A DNA stretch of 61,905 bases. Source: Nanobdellota archaeon (GTDB lineage Archaea; Nanobdellota; Nanobdellia; Parvarchaeales; Parvarchaeaceae). How positions within the stretch are numbered: the first letter of the stretch is position 1; every line of letters starts with the position of its first letter. Location: assembly GCA_021850635.1 (NCBI GenBank), contig JAJZLM010000008.1:1-61905 (forward strand), given 5' to 3'. Both the position numbers and the translations under genes were made by a program. The notes beneath the pieces were generated by a model. The model saw nothing but the letters and a program-made list of their open reading frames with translations. It did not search any database and was not told the origin of the DNA. This document shows positions 27,948-37,092 of this stretch, one piece after another.

Positions 27948-28649
27948 ATGCTAGGTAAGCCTTTGGGCAAAAATTCGAAGGGTCAGTTCACAACGGAATA
28001 CATGATAGTCATAGCCATAGCTCTTGCGACAATAGCGTTCTTTTTGATCTACGTTTTCATATACTACTCGAATTATTACGGCTCTTCCACTTCATCGAAG
28101 GTATCCAGCGTAGCGACAACTCTTACAAACGAGGCGAACTACGTGACTAACGAAGGGATTGGATCGAAGACCTCCTTTTCTTTGAGTGTGCCGGATCTGA
28201 CTTTATTAGGGTCGTTTTTCTGCGGGAATTATATAAAGGCGTCGTACGGAGCATATTCCTCGATACAGTACTCCAAATCTAAGCTAGAAGGAGTGCTTCC
28301 AACAACAGGAGGCACATACATAGTATATGCCAAATATAGTGGCAATGATATAGTACAGATAGGATTACAGGCAGACATATCTTACATAAATTACTCTTAT
28401 TCTATCAATGGCAATCTGTTGAATTATTATCTGGAATTTTACGGTAAAAACGGGCTCCCTACCGGTTCTACCGCATACAATATAAGCGTGTTCTCATATA
28501 CAGGTCAATACATAAACAGCACAGTTAGCTCTTCTACGAACGGAGAGGCGGCTTCCTCCATATACCTCGGACAAGTGCCTTCTACATTATTAATATACAT
28601 ATTCGCTTTAGGTACTAATGTGGTGGCACCATCGTGCTTCCAAACTTGA
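27948..28649 (+). CDS. Type IV pilin-like protein with class III signal peptide
   Basis: MLGKPLGKNSKGQFTTEYMIVIAIALATIAFFLIYVF. KG|Q-x-T-x-E followed by a hydrophobic helix resembles EppA/DUF361-type archaeal prepilins. Ser/Tyr/Asn-rich mature part. Confidence 0.65.
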   Translation: MLGKPLGKNSKGQFTTEYMIVIAIALATIAFFLIYVFIYYSNYYGSSTSSKVSSVATTLTNEANYVTNEGIGSKTSFSLSVPDLTLLGSFFCGNYIKASYGAYSSIQYSKSKLEGVLPTTGGTYIVYAKYSGNDIVQIGLQADISYINYSYSINGNLLNYYLEFYGKNGLPTGSTAYNISVFSYTGQYINSTVSSSTNGEAASSIYLGQVPSTLLIYIFALGTNVVAPSCFQT

Positions 28650-28654
28650 TTGAT

Positions 28655-29809
28655 ATGAACAGGAAAATAAGGATAGCCCTGCTGGTTCCATGGTTGAAAA
28701 GCAAAGGCGGTGTAGAACGCACGATGCTAAGATTTCTACGCGATAAAAAATATGATATAGATTTGTATACGCTATATTACGATAGGAAAAACACGTTCGA
28801 TGATTTCAAAAAATTCCACATATCGGTCATAGGAAACGCCGGACCGAGCGGATTTATAAGAAAGGGGGTCAATCTCTTCGCGGGGTTACTGTTCAGCAAG
28901 ATAAAGAATTTGAAGGATTACGATATATTCCTAATATCAACCGCCGGTATAGCCGAATTTACCGTTTTTAGAAACCGACATCCATTGACTATTGCGTTTT
29001 CACATACTCCTCTCAGAGTGGCTCATTCTATGTATGACTATTACAAGCGCAATTCTCTGAAATACAAGATAGTTTTACCTGTAGCTGTCCATATCTATCG
29101 CTTTTTTGAAAAGCTTGCGTGGAAACATATCTCCTACGCAATAGTGCACGATGATGAAGTAAAAAATAGGCTTTTAAGGTACGGCTTAATAGAACCTGAC
29201 AAAATATACAAAGTCGGACCCGTAACTGACTATACCAAAAAAACCCGCGGAAAAACAGAGAAAATAATATTCTATGCGAGCAGATTCACCCCTTACAAAA
29301 GGCAGGATCTAGCTGTGGATGCGTTCATTAATTCCGACCTACCCTCTCTAGGGTTCAAGTTAGTCATGGGGGGGTTTGTAGAGGACAAAAATTACTTCGA
29401 AAAGGTGAAAGCCATTGCATCTAGTAGAGATGACATAATAATAAAGAGCAACTTAAGCGAAAAAGAGCTTAGACATCTTTATCAATCTTGTTACGCGACG
29501 CTATTCCTCGCCATAAACGAGGACACCGGATTTGTCCCTCTAGAATCGCTTGCATACGGAAAACCAGTCATATCTGTAAATGAAGGAGGCCCGAAAGAAT
29601 TCATAAAGGATGGCAGCAATGGCATGCTTGTAGAGGCAACAGTAAATGCTGTAGCGTCTGCATTGAACAAGATAAGCGATAAAAAGTACTATTCTAAGTT
29701 AAAAAGTGGCGCTATAAAATCTGAAGTGTACGACGAGAAGAAGATGATGAAAAAATTTGATTCTGCGATAGATAACATATTGCATAGAGAAAAAAGACGC
29801 ATTCGATAA
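28655..29809 (+). CDS. Glycosyltransferase, GT4-like (GT-B fold)
   Basis: C-terminal E-x7-E type region: NEDTGFVPLESLAYGKPVISVNEGGPKEFIKDGSNGML. First ATG at 28655. Confidence 0.8.
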   Translation: MNRKIRIALLVPWLKSKGGVERTMLRFLRDKKYDIDLYTLYYDRKNTFDDFKKFHISVIGNAGPSGFIRKGVNLFAGLLFSKIKNLKDYDIFLISTAGIAEFTVFRNRHPLTIAFSHTPLRVAHSMYDYYKRNSLKYKIVLPVAVHIYRFFEKLAWKHISYAIVHDDEVKNRLLRYGLIEPDKIYKVGPVTDYTKKTRGKTEKIIFYASRFTPYKRQDLAVDAFINSDLPSLGFKLVMGGFVEDKNYFEKVKAIASSRDDIIIKSNLSEKELRHLYQSCYATLFLAINEDTGFVPLESLAYGKPVISVNEGGPKEFIKDGSNGMLVEATVNAVASALNKISDKKYYSKLKSGAIKSEVYDEKKMMKKFDSAIDNILHREKRRIR

Positions 29810-29872
29810 ACCTCTGAAAGAACGGAACCGCTGTTCAAACTATCTAGCAACTACTCAGACTAGGTATATTTC

Positions 29873-31588
29873 TTAAAGCTTCTTTATCTTCTGTATCTCC
29901 GACATTATTTGAGAGTAATCCTCAGAAAGTTCTGCACGCACGTCCTCAAATTTTATTATGTCATGTATTTCTATGTCAGTATAAAGCACGTCCTCTTCCT
30001 TCAAGTTTCTTCCGTAAACGGCATCGTCAACGCTTACTGCTACTTTATCCCCTTTCACTGCCCTTTCTACAGGTTTCTTGTCGTTCTGTATATTCACTAT
30101 TTTGCCTATGCTTCCTCCTTTCTCATTCATCAAAGGATAACCTGGCCTTATCTCCCCTCCTAATACTTCTACCCCGAACACGCAGGGACCAGACCTGCGG
30201 AAGACATTTCCTTTCAGAAAAACTATCTTTGCAGGTAATCGTAAGCCCGAAGTTATGGATTCAAATCTCCTCTTATTCACATCGTTAATAAATTCTAAAT
30301 ATCTCTCAAAAAGAACGTATATAGAATTAGTGCTTATGATCGTTACGCCATCTTCTTTAGCAATGGTCTCTATATTTTTCTGGATGGGCACGTTAAACGC
30401 GAGTATAACGCCATCGTTGAGCCTAGCGGTAGAGATGTCGTTTTTAGAAGGCTCTCCTATCTTGGTTTTACCTATCTGTATGTTCTTAGACGCACCTATT
30501 TTTCTTATCGCGTCTATGCTGCCTAGCGAATCAGCGCACACAACTACACCTTTCGCCAGGTCATCGTTGTATCCTGCCACAGCTTCAGAAATCTCTGAAA
30601 TAAGTTTTTCTTTTTCTTTATCCGAATAGAAAACAGCTATAGAAGAGCCTATCATAGCTTCAGCGTCTTGTAGCACTAATCTTATCGGTGAAGTCGCTGA
30701 AATAGATTTAACGCTTTCATACTTTCCAAAATTCTCCCTGCTCTCTTCTAGCGGGATAAGCTTCATTATAGCCTTTATCTTTGTCTTATTAGGTCCTTCT
30801 TTGGTCTGCATTATAACTTTGTCCCCTACGCTCAATTTTCCAGAATACACTATTGCATCGTATACTTTCCCGACTCCTTTTATAGATTTTTCTTCCAGTA
30901 TTGCCGCCTGATCACCTTCGGATACGCCCATCGAGATATATCTTTGACTTAGTCCTATTATCATGACTATTAAGTCCTTTATCCCTATGTTATTTACCGC
31001 TGAAACTGGGATTATAGCCAGTTGTTTCGTGAAATCCGTAACTCTATCGTAACGTTCCGCCTGAAAACCGTAGTTAGATAATTCTGCCACTAAAGAATAA
31101 ACTTCCTTGTCCACTGCTTCATTGTAGCTGTTGCCTTCTTTCCTCAAAAAGTCAATGAACGAAATATCTTTAGACGGCAGGTACCCCTGTACTGTGTCTA
31201 TTTTCGTAAGCGCCACCAAGAAAGGTGTCTTATACGATTTCAAGATATCAAGCGACTCTATGGTTTGTTTTTGCAGACCTTCTGTTATGTCTACAGTCAG
31301 TATAGCTAGATCAGCTATAGAAGCCCCTCTTTCCCTTAGAGTTACAAAAGCCTCGTGCCCAGGCGAATCTATGAATATTATGCTAGGTACCTCCACTTTA
31401 ACTTTAAACCTATCCAAAAGATCAGACGTAATCTCTTTTATTCTATCTGTAGGAACTTCCGTGATCCCTATATTTTGAGTCAGTCCTCCGCTCTCCCTAT
31501 AAGCGAAGAACGTGTCGCGTATAGCATCCATTATACTAGTCTTTCCTGCGTCCACATGCCCCAGGAACGCACATATAGGAGATCTCAT
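29873..31588 (-). CDS. infB: Translation initiation factor aIF5B (IF-2)
   Basis: GHVDAGKTS, DSPGHEAF, TKID; about 570 aa. The ATG at 31588 lies just inside the TTG-started track ORF. Confidence 0.9.
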   Translation of the reverse strand: MRSPICAFLGHVDAGKTSIMDAIRDTFFAYRESGGLTQNIGITEVPTDRIKEITSDLLDRFKVKVEVPSIIFIDSPGHEAFVTLRERGASIADLAILTVDITEGLQKQTIESLDILKSYKTPFLVALTKIDTVQGYLPSKDISFIDFLRKEGNSYNEAVDKEVYSLVAELSNYGFQAERYDRVTDFTKQLAIIPVSAVNNIGIKDLIVMIIGLSQRYISMGVSEGDQAAILEEKSIKGVGKVYDAIVYSGKLSVGDKVIMQTKEGPNKTKIKAIMKLIPLEESRENFGKYESVKSISATSPIRLVLQDAEAMIGSSIAVFYSDKEKEKLISEISEAVAGYNDDLAKGVVVCADSLGSIDAIRKIGASKNIQIGKTKIGEPSKNDISTARLNDGVILAFNVPIQKNIETIAKEDGVTIISTNSIYVLFERYLEFINDVNKRRFESITSGLRLPAKIVFLKGNVFRRSGPCVFGVEVLGGEIRPGYPLMNEKGGSIGKIVNIQNDKKPVERAVKGDKVAVSVDDAVYGRNLKEEDVLYTDIEIHDIIKFEDVRAELSEDYSQIMSEIQKIKKL

Positions 31589-31657
31589 AAGCAATAAGTA
31601 AGATCTCTAGTTATATAAAATCGTTTTGACTGAGCGCTTGGACGATTTGTGCAGAAA

Positions 31658-32200
31658 CTAGAAAAACTCTTTCTCAAACAGTTCTGTTTCTATCTTTGCT
31701 CCGTCACTATCAGAAGCGTGTACCAAGTTTCTAGTCGCCCTTCCTTCTAGATTAGCATTTAATATGGAATCATCCGCGAAATCTCCCCTTATAGTCCCTT
31801 TAGCGGCCATCGATGGGTCTGTCTTCCCTATTAGTTCCCTCCCTTTCGCAACAGCGTCTTCCCTCTCGAGTATCATAGCTATTATGTCAGAAGAGATCAT
31901 AAATTTTCTGTTCCACTCCATCAGTTTCTCGCCTATTCTATATGGATCGTTTGTTCCGAAAATCTTCTTTATATCGGCTTCATGTCCGGATGATGTCATT
32001 GATTCGAGTGTCTTTTTACCCATGCCAGTGAGCTGTGTGTCGGTGCTGCGATACTGTTTCTCGGCAAGCTCCTTAGACAGCCTACCTTTTCTCATCCTAA
32101 GTATGCTGAAACCAGAATCCTCGAATCTTGATATTATTTTTCCAGTTAATTTTCTCTCTATAGCGTCAGGTTTTATCATTATGAGCGTTTTTTCTATCAT
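31658..32200 (-). CDS. ndk: Nucleoside diphosphate kinase (with an internal insertion)
   Basis: EKTLIMIKPDAIERKLTGKIISRFE, NLVHASDS active-site His region. 180 aa versus about 150 typical. Confidence 0.8.
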   Translation of the reverse strand: MIEKTLIMIKPDAIERKLTGKIISRFEDSGFSILRMRKGRLSKELAEKQYRSTDTQLTGMGKKTLESMTSSGHEADIKKIFGTNDPYRIGEKLMEWNRKFMISSDIIAMILEREDAVAKGRELIGKTDPSMAAKGTIRGDFADDSILNANLEGRATRNLVHASDSDGAKIETELFEKEFF

Positions 32201-33225
32201 AATATCTTTACACTTCCTATTACTCTAAGCATCCTTATAGGCAGATCTTTGTTTATCAATATAAGATGATCGTTTTCATCGAAGCAGAAATTCTTATCAG
32301 CCTCAAAATCAGCCTTTAACGTTTCACCTTCTTTTACTATGTTGGTGAGAGTTATGGTAGCTGTCTGCCAGTTGCATATAAGCGTAAGCTTAGATTCGTT
32401 CCTTATCTCCTGTTTGTACAGGCGGTTTACCGTCACGCTTAGCTTGCCGTTTCTAACGTCTTTGAAACTCCCTTTCTGCCTGAACTCCACTCCTCTTGGT
32501 AGATCCCATGGCCACACTCCTTTGATACCTATGCCTGGTCTGTCTCCAGCTTCTGCTTTTTGTACGTCTTCCTGGTTTATCTGGATAGAATTTATAGAGA
32601 CTTCCTTTGTTAAAGGCGACGGACAAAGAGTACCTTCTGTGTGTATAGCAATAGAACCTGAAGCGAGATTCCCAACCGCTATGGACATTCCTTTGGACTC
32701 AAAAGCGTTATCGATGAATAACTTGAACGGCTTATGTATTTTACTTTCGTTGTAGTTGAGCGAAGAAAGCTTTGCACGGATGTCCGCCATATTCTGATCA
32801 TTGTTTATGTCAATAGCTACTATGTCAAAGTTTTCCAGATGGGTGCCCTTGGTAAATGCAGATATCTTAGATTTTAAAGCATCTATATCCGATTCTGTTG
32901 AAATATCGGCTTTAGTTATGCATATTATCCCCTGCTCTATGTTCACGGTGTCTGCAAGGACTAGTAATTCTCCGACCTGAGCATTGACTCCTATATCCGG
33001 CGAAACACAGAATATGATTGCATCGGATATGCACAGCACCGAACTTATCAAAGTCGGAGCATCCATGTCTCCTGGGGTATCCATCAGCGTTATGCTCTTA
33101 CCACCGTACTTAAAAGAATAGAACGATACATCTCCCTCAAAACCCTTCCTCTGCTGCAGTTTGTTCACTAGAGTGCTCTTGCCTGACTTGTAAGGACCGA
33201 TTACTGCTATTGAAAGCGAATTCAT
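32197..33225 (-). CDS. EF-Tu/SelB-like translational-GTPase-family protein
   Basis: GPYKSGKST (G1), DTPGD (G3), TKAD (G4-like), followed by a beta-barrel domain-2-like region. 4-nt overlap with ndk. Confidence 0.55.
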   Translation of the reverse strand: MNSLSIAVIGPYKSGKSTLVNKLQQRKGFEGDVSFYSFKYGGKSITLMDTPGDMDAPTLISSVLCISDAIIFCVSPDIGVNAQVGELLVLADTVNIEQGIICITKADISTESDIDALKSKISAFTKGTHLENFDIVAIDINNDQNMADIRAKLSSLNYNESKIHKPFKLFIDNAFESKGMSIAVGNLASGSIAIHTEGTLCPSPLTKEVSINSIQINQEDVQKAEAGDRPGIGIKGVWPWDLPRGVEFRQKGSFKDVRNGKLSVTVNRLYKQEIRNESKLTLICNWQTATITLTNIVKEGETLKADFEADKNFCFDENDHLILINKDLPIRMLRVIGSVKIL

Positions 33226-33313
33226 ACTGCATTTTGCAGACGAATATTTAAATACTTTTGCCTAAAAAACGACTCTACTCCGCAAGATCTAATTAAACTA
33301 ATAGGACTATAAA

Positions 33314-33410
33314 CGTCGGGGATGGGAGTTGAACCCATCGGGGCTATTCACCCCCACGCTTTCAGTCAAACTGATAGCAGGCGTGCACCTTGCCGCTCGG
33401 TCACCCCGAC
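33314..33410 (-). tRNA. tRNA-Ser(GCU) with about 14 extra nt (intron) in the anticodon loop
   Basis: Hand fold: acceptor GUCGGGG/CCCCGAC plus discriminator G, 3-bp D stem, and anticodon stem CACGC/GCGUG. That stem encloses CUGCUA + 14 nt + A. Long variable arm GGGGUGAAUAGCCCC, T arm AUGGG-UUCAACU-CCCAU. Confidence 0.8.
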
Positions 33411-33419
33411 ATTGACAGT

Positions 33420-33683
33420 GACAGGCCACGGCTTCGAAATGACTATCCGCACAGAGGATAGCAACATTTTCTCCCCACAGTTTACTTACAAGCACGCACC
33501 CATTCAATTACGGTTGCTCCCTTCCGGGCCTGGCCGGTTTTTCGAACGAAAGCATCCCGCAAGGCTGTGGCTCTCAGATAGCTTTGCTAGCATATACAGA
33601 GTCATCACCCCTTGACCGCGCTTTCGCCACGCCTAAAGTCCGTTTGCGTTGTAGGGAGGGACTAACTCCCCAGCTAGCCTGTC
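33420..33683 (-). ncRNA. Signal recognition particle (7S) RNA
   Basis: Minus strand contains CCGGCCAGGCCCGGAAGGGAGCAACCG (the conserved helix-8 motif). 5' GACAGGCUA pairs with 3' UGGCCUGUC to close the molecule. Ends are approximate. Confidence 0.8.
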
Positions 33684-33703
33684 AAGTATAATTTGATTAC
33701 GGC

Positions 33704-33711
33704 ATAATAAA
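33704..33711 (-). promoter_or_regulatory. Candidate TATA box for the SRP RNA / tRNA-Ser transcript
   Basis: TTTATTAT on the minus strand, 21-28 nt upstream of the inferred SRP RNA 5' end. Confidence 0.3.
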
Positions 33712-33795
33712 TATGTTTTAAAGTGCCTAATATATCAGCAAACTTATACAAATAACACTTCATACTAGGTTGATTCAGCCGATATCTACAATTTC

Positions 33796-34251
33796 TCACG
33801 TGTAGTTGTAAGAAGCTGCCATGCTACCCAGATTGAAACCGAACAATTGTGTAGCTCCGCTTATTTTTATCAAGCCGTGGACTGAAGAATTGATTACGAG
33901 TACACCGAATTTTATAGCTCCTATAGAAGTGGCGTTATTGAGTATTGCTACTGGTTTGCCGTTGAGAGTAGCTGTGAACCCTCCTAAAGTAAAAGTGTAC
34001 GCATTGAATATTACTATGTCTGTTGTATTGACTGTCCCTGGATTCGCTCCCATTATATTAGGACCTATGCTTATTGGGATACCAAAATTTGGTATGCCGA
34101 CTATAGGGAAAGAATGAAAGACAAGTACAGTACCTGCCATCACTATAGCGATTATTATAAGGGCTTCAAACAGCGGTTTTATTATGCGAACAAGGGTTAT
34201 TATAGCCACTATTATTATGATTATACCTGCTATCAAACCTATATCGACCAT
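33796..34251 (-). CDS. Membrane protein (two N-terminal TM helices plus a beta-rich extracellular part)
   Basis: 151 aa; IGLIAGIIIIIVAIITLV and ALIIIAIVMAGTVLVF hydrophobic segments. Confidence 0.5.
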   Translation of the reverse strand: MVDIGLIAGIIIIIVAIITLVRIIKPLFEALIIIAIVMAGTVLVFHSFPIVGIPNFGIPISIGPNIMGANPGTVNTTDIVIFNAYTFTLGGFTATLNGKPVAILNNATSIGAIKFGVLVINSSVHGLIKISGATQLFGFNLGSMAASYNYT

Positions 34252-34300
34252 AATTAATTAAGTTTTGTATAGAATAAAAACTTACGTATTGCCTATTTTT

Positions 34301-34322
34301 AAAAAATAAAAAATAAAAAAAA
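34301..34322 (-). terminator. Oligo-T tract (archaeal-type terminator) downstream of the 59-aa histone-fold-like gene
   Basis: Minus strand reads TTTTTTTTATTTTTTATTTTTT, 14 nt after the stop codon. Confidence 0.5.
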
Positions 34323-34335
34323 CAATCTACATTAC

Positions 34336-34515
34336 TTAGAAGTCGTGGGGTCTAACGGTCTTTCTTCCGTCTGCTTTCGCTCTCGCGACTGCTTTCTCAA
34401 TCTTCATCTTGACTACTTTGTCAAGTCCCTCGATTGAGTCATCAGGACATCTCATGCCCTTTCCGACTTTCTTGACTTCAGCTTTTACCAAGCTTTTCCT
34501 AATGAAGTCTGCCAT
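34336..34515 (-). CDS. 59-aa histone-fold-like (DUF1931-like) protein
   Basis: Hand translation: MADFIRKSLVKAEVKKVGKGMRCPDDSIEGLDKVVKMKIEKAVARAKADGRKTVRPHDF. The A..GRKTV...D ending resembles the histone-fold alpha2-L2-alpha3 region. Below the ORF-track cutoff. Confidence 0.5.
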   Translation of the reverse strand: MADFIRKSLVKAEVKKVGKGMRCPDDSIEGLDKVVKMKIEKAVARAKADGRKTVRPHDF

Positions 34516-34649
34516 TTTAATACCACCTCGTGTATTCTACTTTATATATGATTTATAACTTTGCAATTTAAAAACATGTCTGCTGCCACTTTTCAGCCGT
34601 TTTAGCGGGTTTTATAACATATAAGCGGAAAAATATATAAAATATTATC

Positions 34650-36335
34650 ATGGACGACCTTGAAATCAGAAAAGTAGCTATAAAGAATGCGCTAGACCAC
34701 GAAGGCAAAGCCAATGAATCAGCTGTTTTCTCAAAAATCGTAGGAATGGACAAATCGGTCCTAAAAGACGTAAAGGCTTTGAAAGACAGGATACATTCCA
34801 CCATAATCGATGTAAATAAGTTATCCATCGAGGAACAGAGGGTCGAAGCGCTTAGAACCGGCATTAACACCGAAAGAAACAAACCTGCAGAGCGAACTGG
34901 TCTTAAGGACTTGCCTGGGGTGAACGGCAAGGTTGTATTAAGATTCCCTCCCGAACCTGGCGGGTTCATGCATCTTGGAAATGCTATAGCGGCTATGATA
35001 AATTACTTATACAAAGAAAGATATGGCGGAAAACTATGGCTAAGGTTCGAGGATACAAATCCAAATAAAGTCGGAGAAAAGTTCATAAAATCGTTCAGAG
35101 ACGGTTTAGCCTGGCTTGGAATAAAGTACGACGAAGAAAAATTCATAAGTTCCGATATGGATAAAATATATAGTGCAGGCGAAAAGCTACTTGAAAGCGA
35201 AAAAGCTTACGTCTGCATGTGTACTCCTGAAGAAGTAAAATCCTTCCGATTCAAAGGTGAGGAGTGCGAACACAGGATACATACTATAGAAGAGAACCGC
35301 CATCTTTGGAATTTCGCAATGGATGGGAAGATCGAACCCGGGAAAGCCTTCGTAAGGTTCAAAGGAAACATGAAGGATAAAGACCTGGCTCTTAGAGATC
35401 CTACCATATTTAGAATAATAAAGACAGACTACAAGCCGTATTTGCTCTGGCCTACATACGATTTAGCAAGCATTATAGAAGAAGATATATGTGGAGTAAC
35501 GCACATACTTAGAAGCAATGAATTCAAGGTATCTCTGCAGAACAAGCTGCGCGAGGCACTGGGCATAAAAAGCCCCGTGATAGTACAATTCTCTCGTTAT
35601 AATTTTAAGGGCACCCCCTTTGCTAAAAGAATGCTACGAGACTTGATAGAAAAAGGATTTGTTGGGGGGTGGGACGACATACGGTTACCGACTATATCCG
35701 CGATAAAAAGAAGGGGTATAATGCCTGAAGCTATAAAAGAATTTACGCTGAGCGTAGGGTATTCCGAATCAAAGCACGAATATGGATGGGACCTGCTTTT
35801 AACTTTGAATAGAAGAATAATAGATAGTAGTTCTAAACGCTATTTCTTTGTGTCTTCTCCGACTAAACTTCATATTGAGGGGGCTGGGAGTAAAACCGTT
35901 AAGATACCTATGCATCCATCGGTGGACATCGGCTTTCGTCAGATAGAAACCAATGGGGAATTCATGATAGACGGAAACGATGCAAGGTCATTGTCTAATG
36001 GTTCTCTGCTCCGTCTTAAAGACTTGTATACGGTAAAGGTGGAGAAGATAGGAAAGGATGGGATATTTGCTAAGTTCGTATCTGATAAAATCCTGGGCGA
36101 AGAGAAGATAGTACAGTGGGTAACTGAAGACAGCGTCCCGATAAGAATAACTATTGTGGACAGGTTATTGAACGACGATGGATCCTTCAACGCAGACAGC
36201 CTGAAGACGTTGGATGGTCTAGCAGAGGCTTCGTCAGAATCAATAAAGGAAGGTGAAACTGTGCAGTTCGAGAGATTTGGGTTCTGCATCCTAGACAATA
36301 GAGATTCAAATTCATTTATCTACATAAGTAGGTAG
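34650..36335 (+). CDS. gltX: Glutamyl-tRNA synthetase (archaeal/eukaryal type)
   Basis: RFPPEPGGFMHLGN (HIGH variant), WLRFEDTNP, THILRSNEF; 561 aa. Confidence 0.8.
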   Translation: MDDLEIRKVAIKNALDHEGKANESAVFSKIVGMDKSVLKDVKALKDRIHSTIIDVNKLSIEEQRVEALRTGINTERNKPAERTGLKDLPGVNGKVVLRFPPEPGGFMHLGNAIAAMINYLYKERYGGKLWLRFEDTNPNKVGEKFIKSFRDGLAWLGIKYDEEKFISSDMDKIYSAGEKLLESEKAYVCMCTPEEVKSFRFKGEECEHRIHTIEENRHLWNFAMDGKIEPGKAFVRFKGNMKDKDLALRDPTIFRIIKTDYKPYLLWPTYDLASIIEEDICGVTHILRSNEFKVSLQNKLREALGIKSPVIVQFSRYNFKGTPFAKRMLRDLIEKGFVGGWDDIRLPTISAIKRRGIMPEAIKEFTLSVGYSESKHEYGWDLLLTLNRRIIDSSSKRYFFVSSPTKLHIEGAGSKTVKIPMHPSVDIGFRQIETNGEFMIDGNDARSLSNGSLLRLKDLYTVKVEKIGKDGIFAKFVSDKILGEEKIVQWVTEDSVPIRITIVDRLLNDDGSFNADSLKTLDGLAEASSESIKEGETVQFERFGFCILDNRDSNSFIYISR

Positions 36336-36340
36336 ATGTT

Positions 36341-36751
36341 CTATCTCTTAGTCTCAAATTTTTCCAGATCTACAGGCTTGAACTTAGAGACTATGTAATC
36401 AAATGCCTCCTGCGGCTTACTACTCTCACCGCACGAATAGATATCTATTGTGACGTAATTGCTCTCGGGCCACGTGTGAAGGGCTATGTGGCTCTCTATC
36501 AGCAATGCTATTATAGAAATACCTCCGGCGTCCGGCGAATCTATTATGTTGAACTGCTTCTCTAGTATATCTATTATGTGCAGGTTGCCTTTTTCTGCTG
36601 CATTGAATACTATCTCTTTAGCAAGCACAGGGTCTTTAAGCAACTCCGCATCCACTCCATACAAATTACCAAAAACGTGGGTACCCACTACGGGTTTCAA
36701 AATTTCTTTTTCTAGCGTTTTTTGTTTGTACTTCACCGCTCTTATCTTCAT
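36341..36751 (-). CDS. speH: Pyruvoyl-dependent S-adenosylmethionine decarboxylase proenzyme (SpeH type)
   Basis: LLIESHIALHTWPE self-cleavage/active-site motif, DIYSCG; 136 aa. Confidence 0.82.
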   Translation of the reverse strand: MKIRAVKYKQKTLEKEILKPVVGTHVFGNLYGVDAELLKDPVLAKEIVFNAAEKGNLHIIDILEKQFNIIDSPDAGGISIIALLIESHIALHTWPESNYVTIDIYSCGESSKPQEAFDYIVSKFKPVDLEKFETKR

Positions 36752-36879
36752 ATTTTATATAAATTAGTTTGATTTAAATAATTATGTATTATGGGGAGAC
36801 GACCAAAAAACGTAGTTTTTAACGATTTTAAGCGTCTACTTCCAGTACAATTATATAGTTAGCAATACAGCGCGGTATT

Positions 36880-37083
36880 ATGGAAAAATTGGAAGTATTA
36901 TTAAACAAAAAAAGAACCGGCTACCTTCCTTCTATCCCATTAATAATAAGTGCGCAGGACAAGATAAACAGGATTAACTACTACAGCAGCTTAGAATTTA
37001 TAGGACTATCCATCTTCGTATCTATAGCAGCCGGATACGCGGTTTATAAGTACCTGAAGCAGCTAAATAAAAATTATAGATAG
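36880..37083 (+). CDS. Small hypothetical membrane protein
   Basis: 67 aa with one C-terminal hydrophobic helix (FIGLSIFVSIAAGYAVY). Weak support. Confidence 0.3.
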   Translation: MEKLEVLLNKKRTGYLPSIPLIISAQDKINRINYYSSLEFIGLSIFVSIAAGYAVYKYLKQLNKNYR

Positions 37084-37092
37084 AGATCGTTC

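Noticed and set aside
33307-33615. Track ORFs 33307..33507 (-) and 33322..33615 (+)
   Set aside because: They overlap the tRNA-Ser and SRP RNA genes, which explain the sequence much better.
33625-33650. Plus-strand CUAAAGUCCG, reminiscent of the RNase P RNA CR-I GGAAAGUCC element
   Set aside because: It lies inside the SRP RNA on the opposite strand. No other RNase P conserved regions follow, and extending on the plus strand would run into the CDS at 33796..34251.
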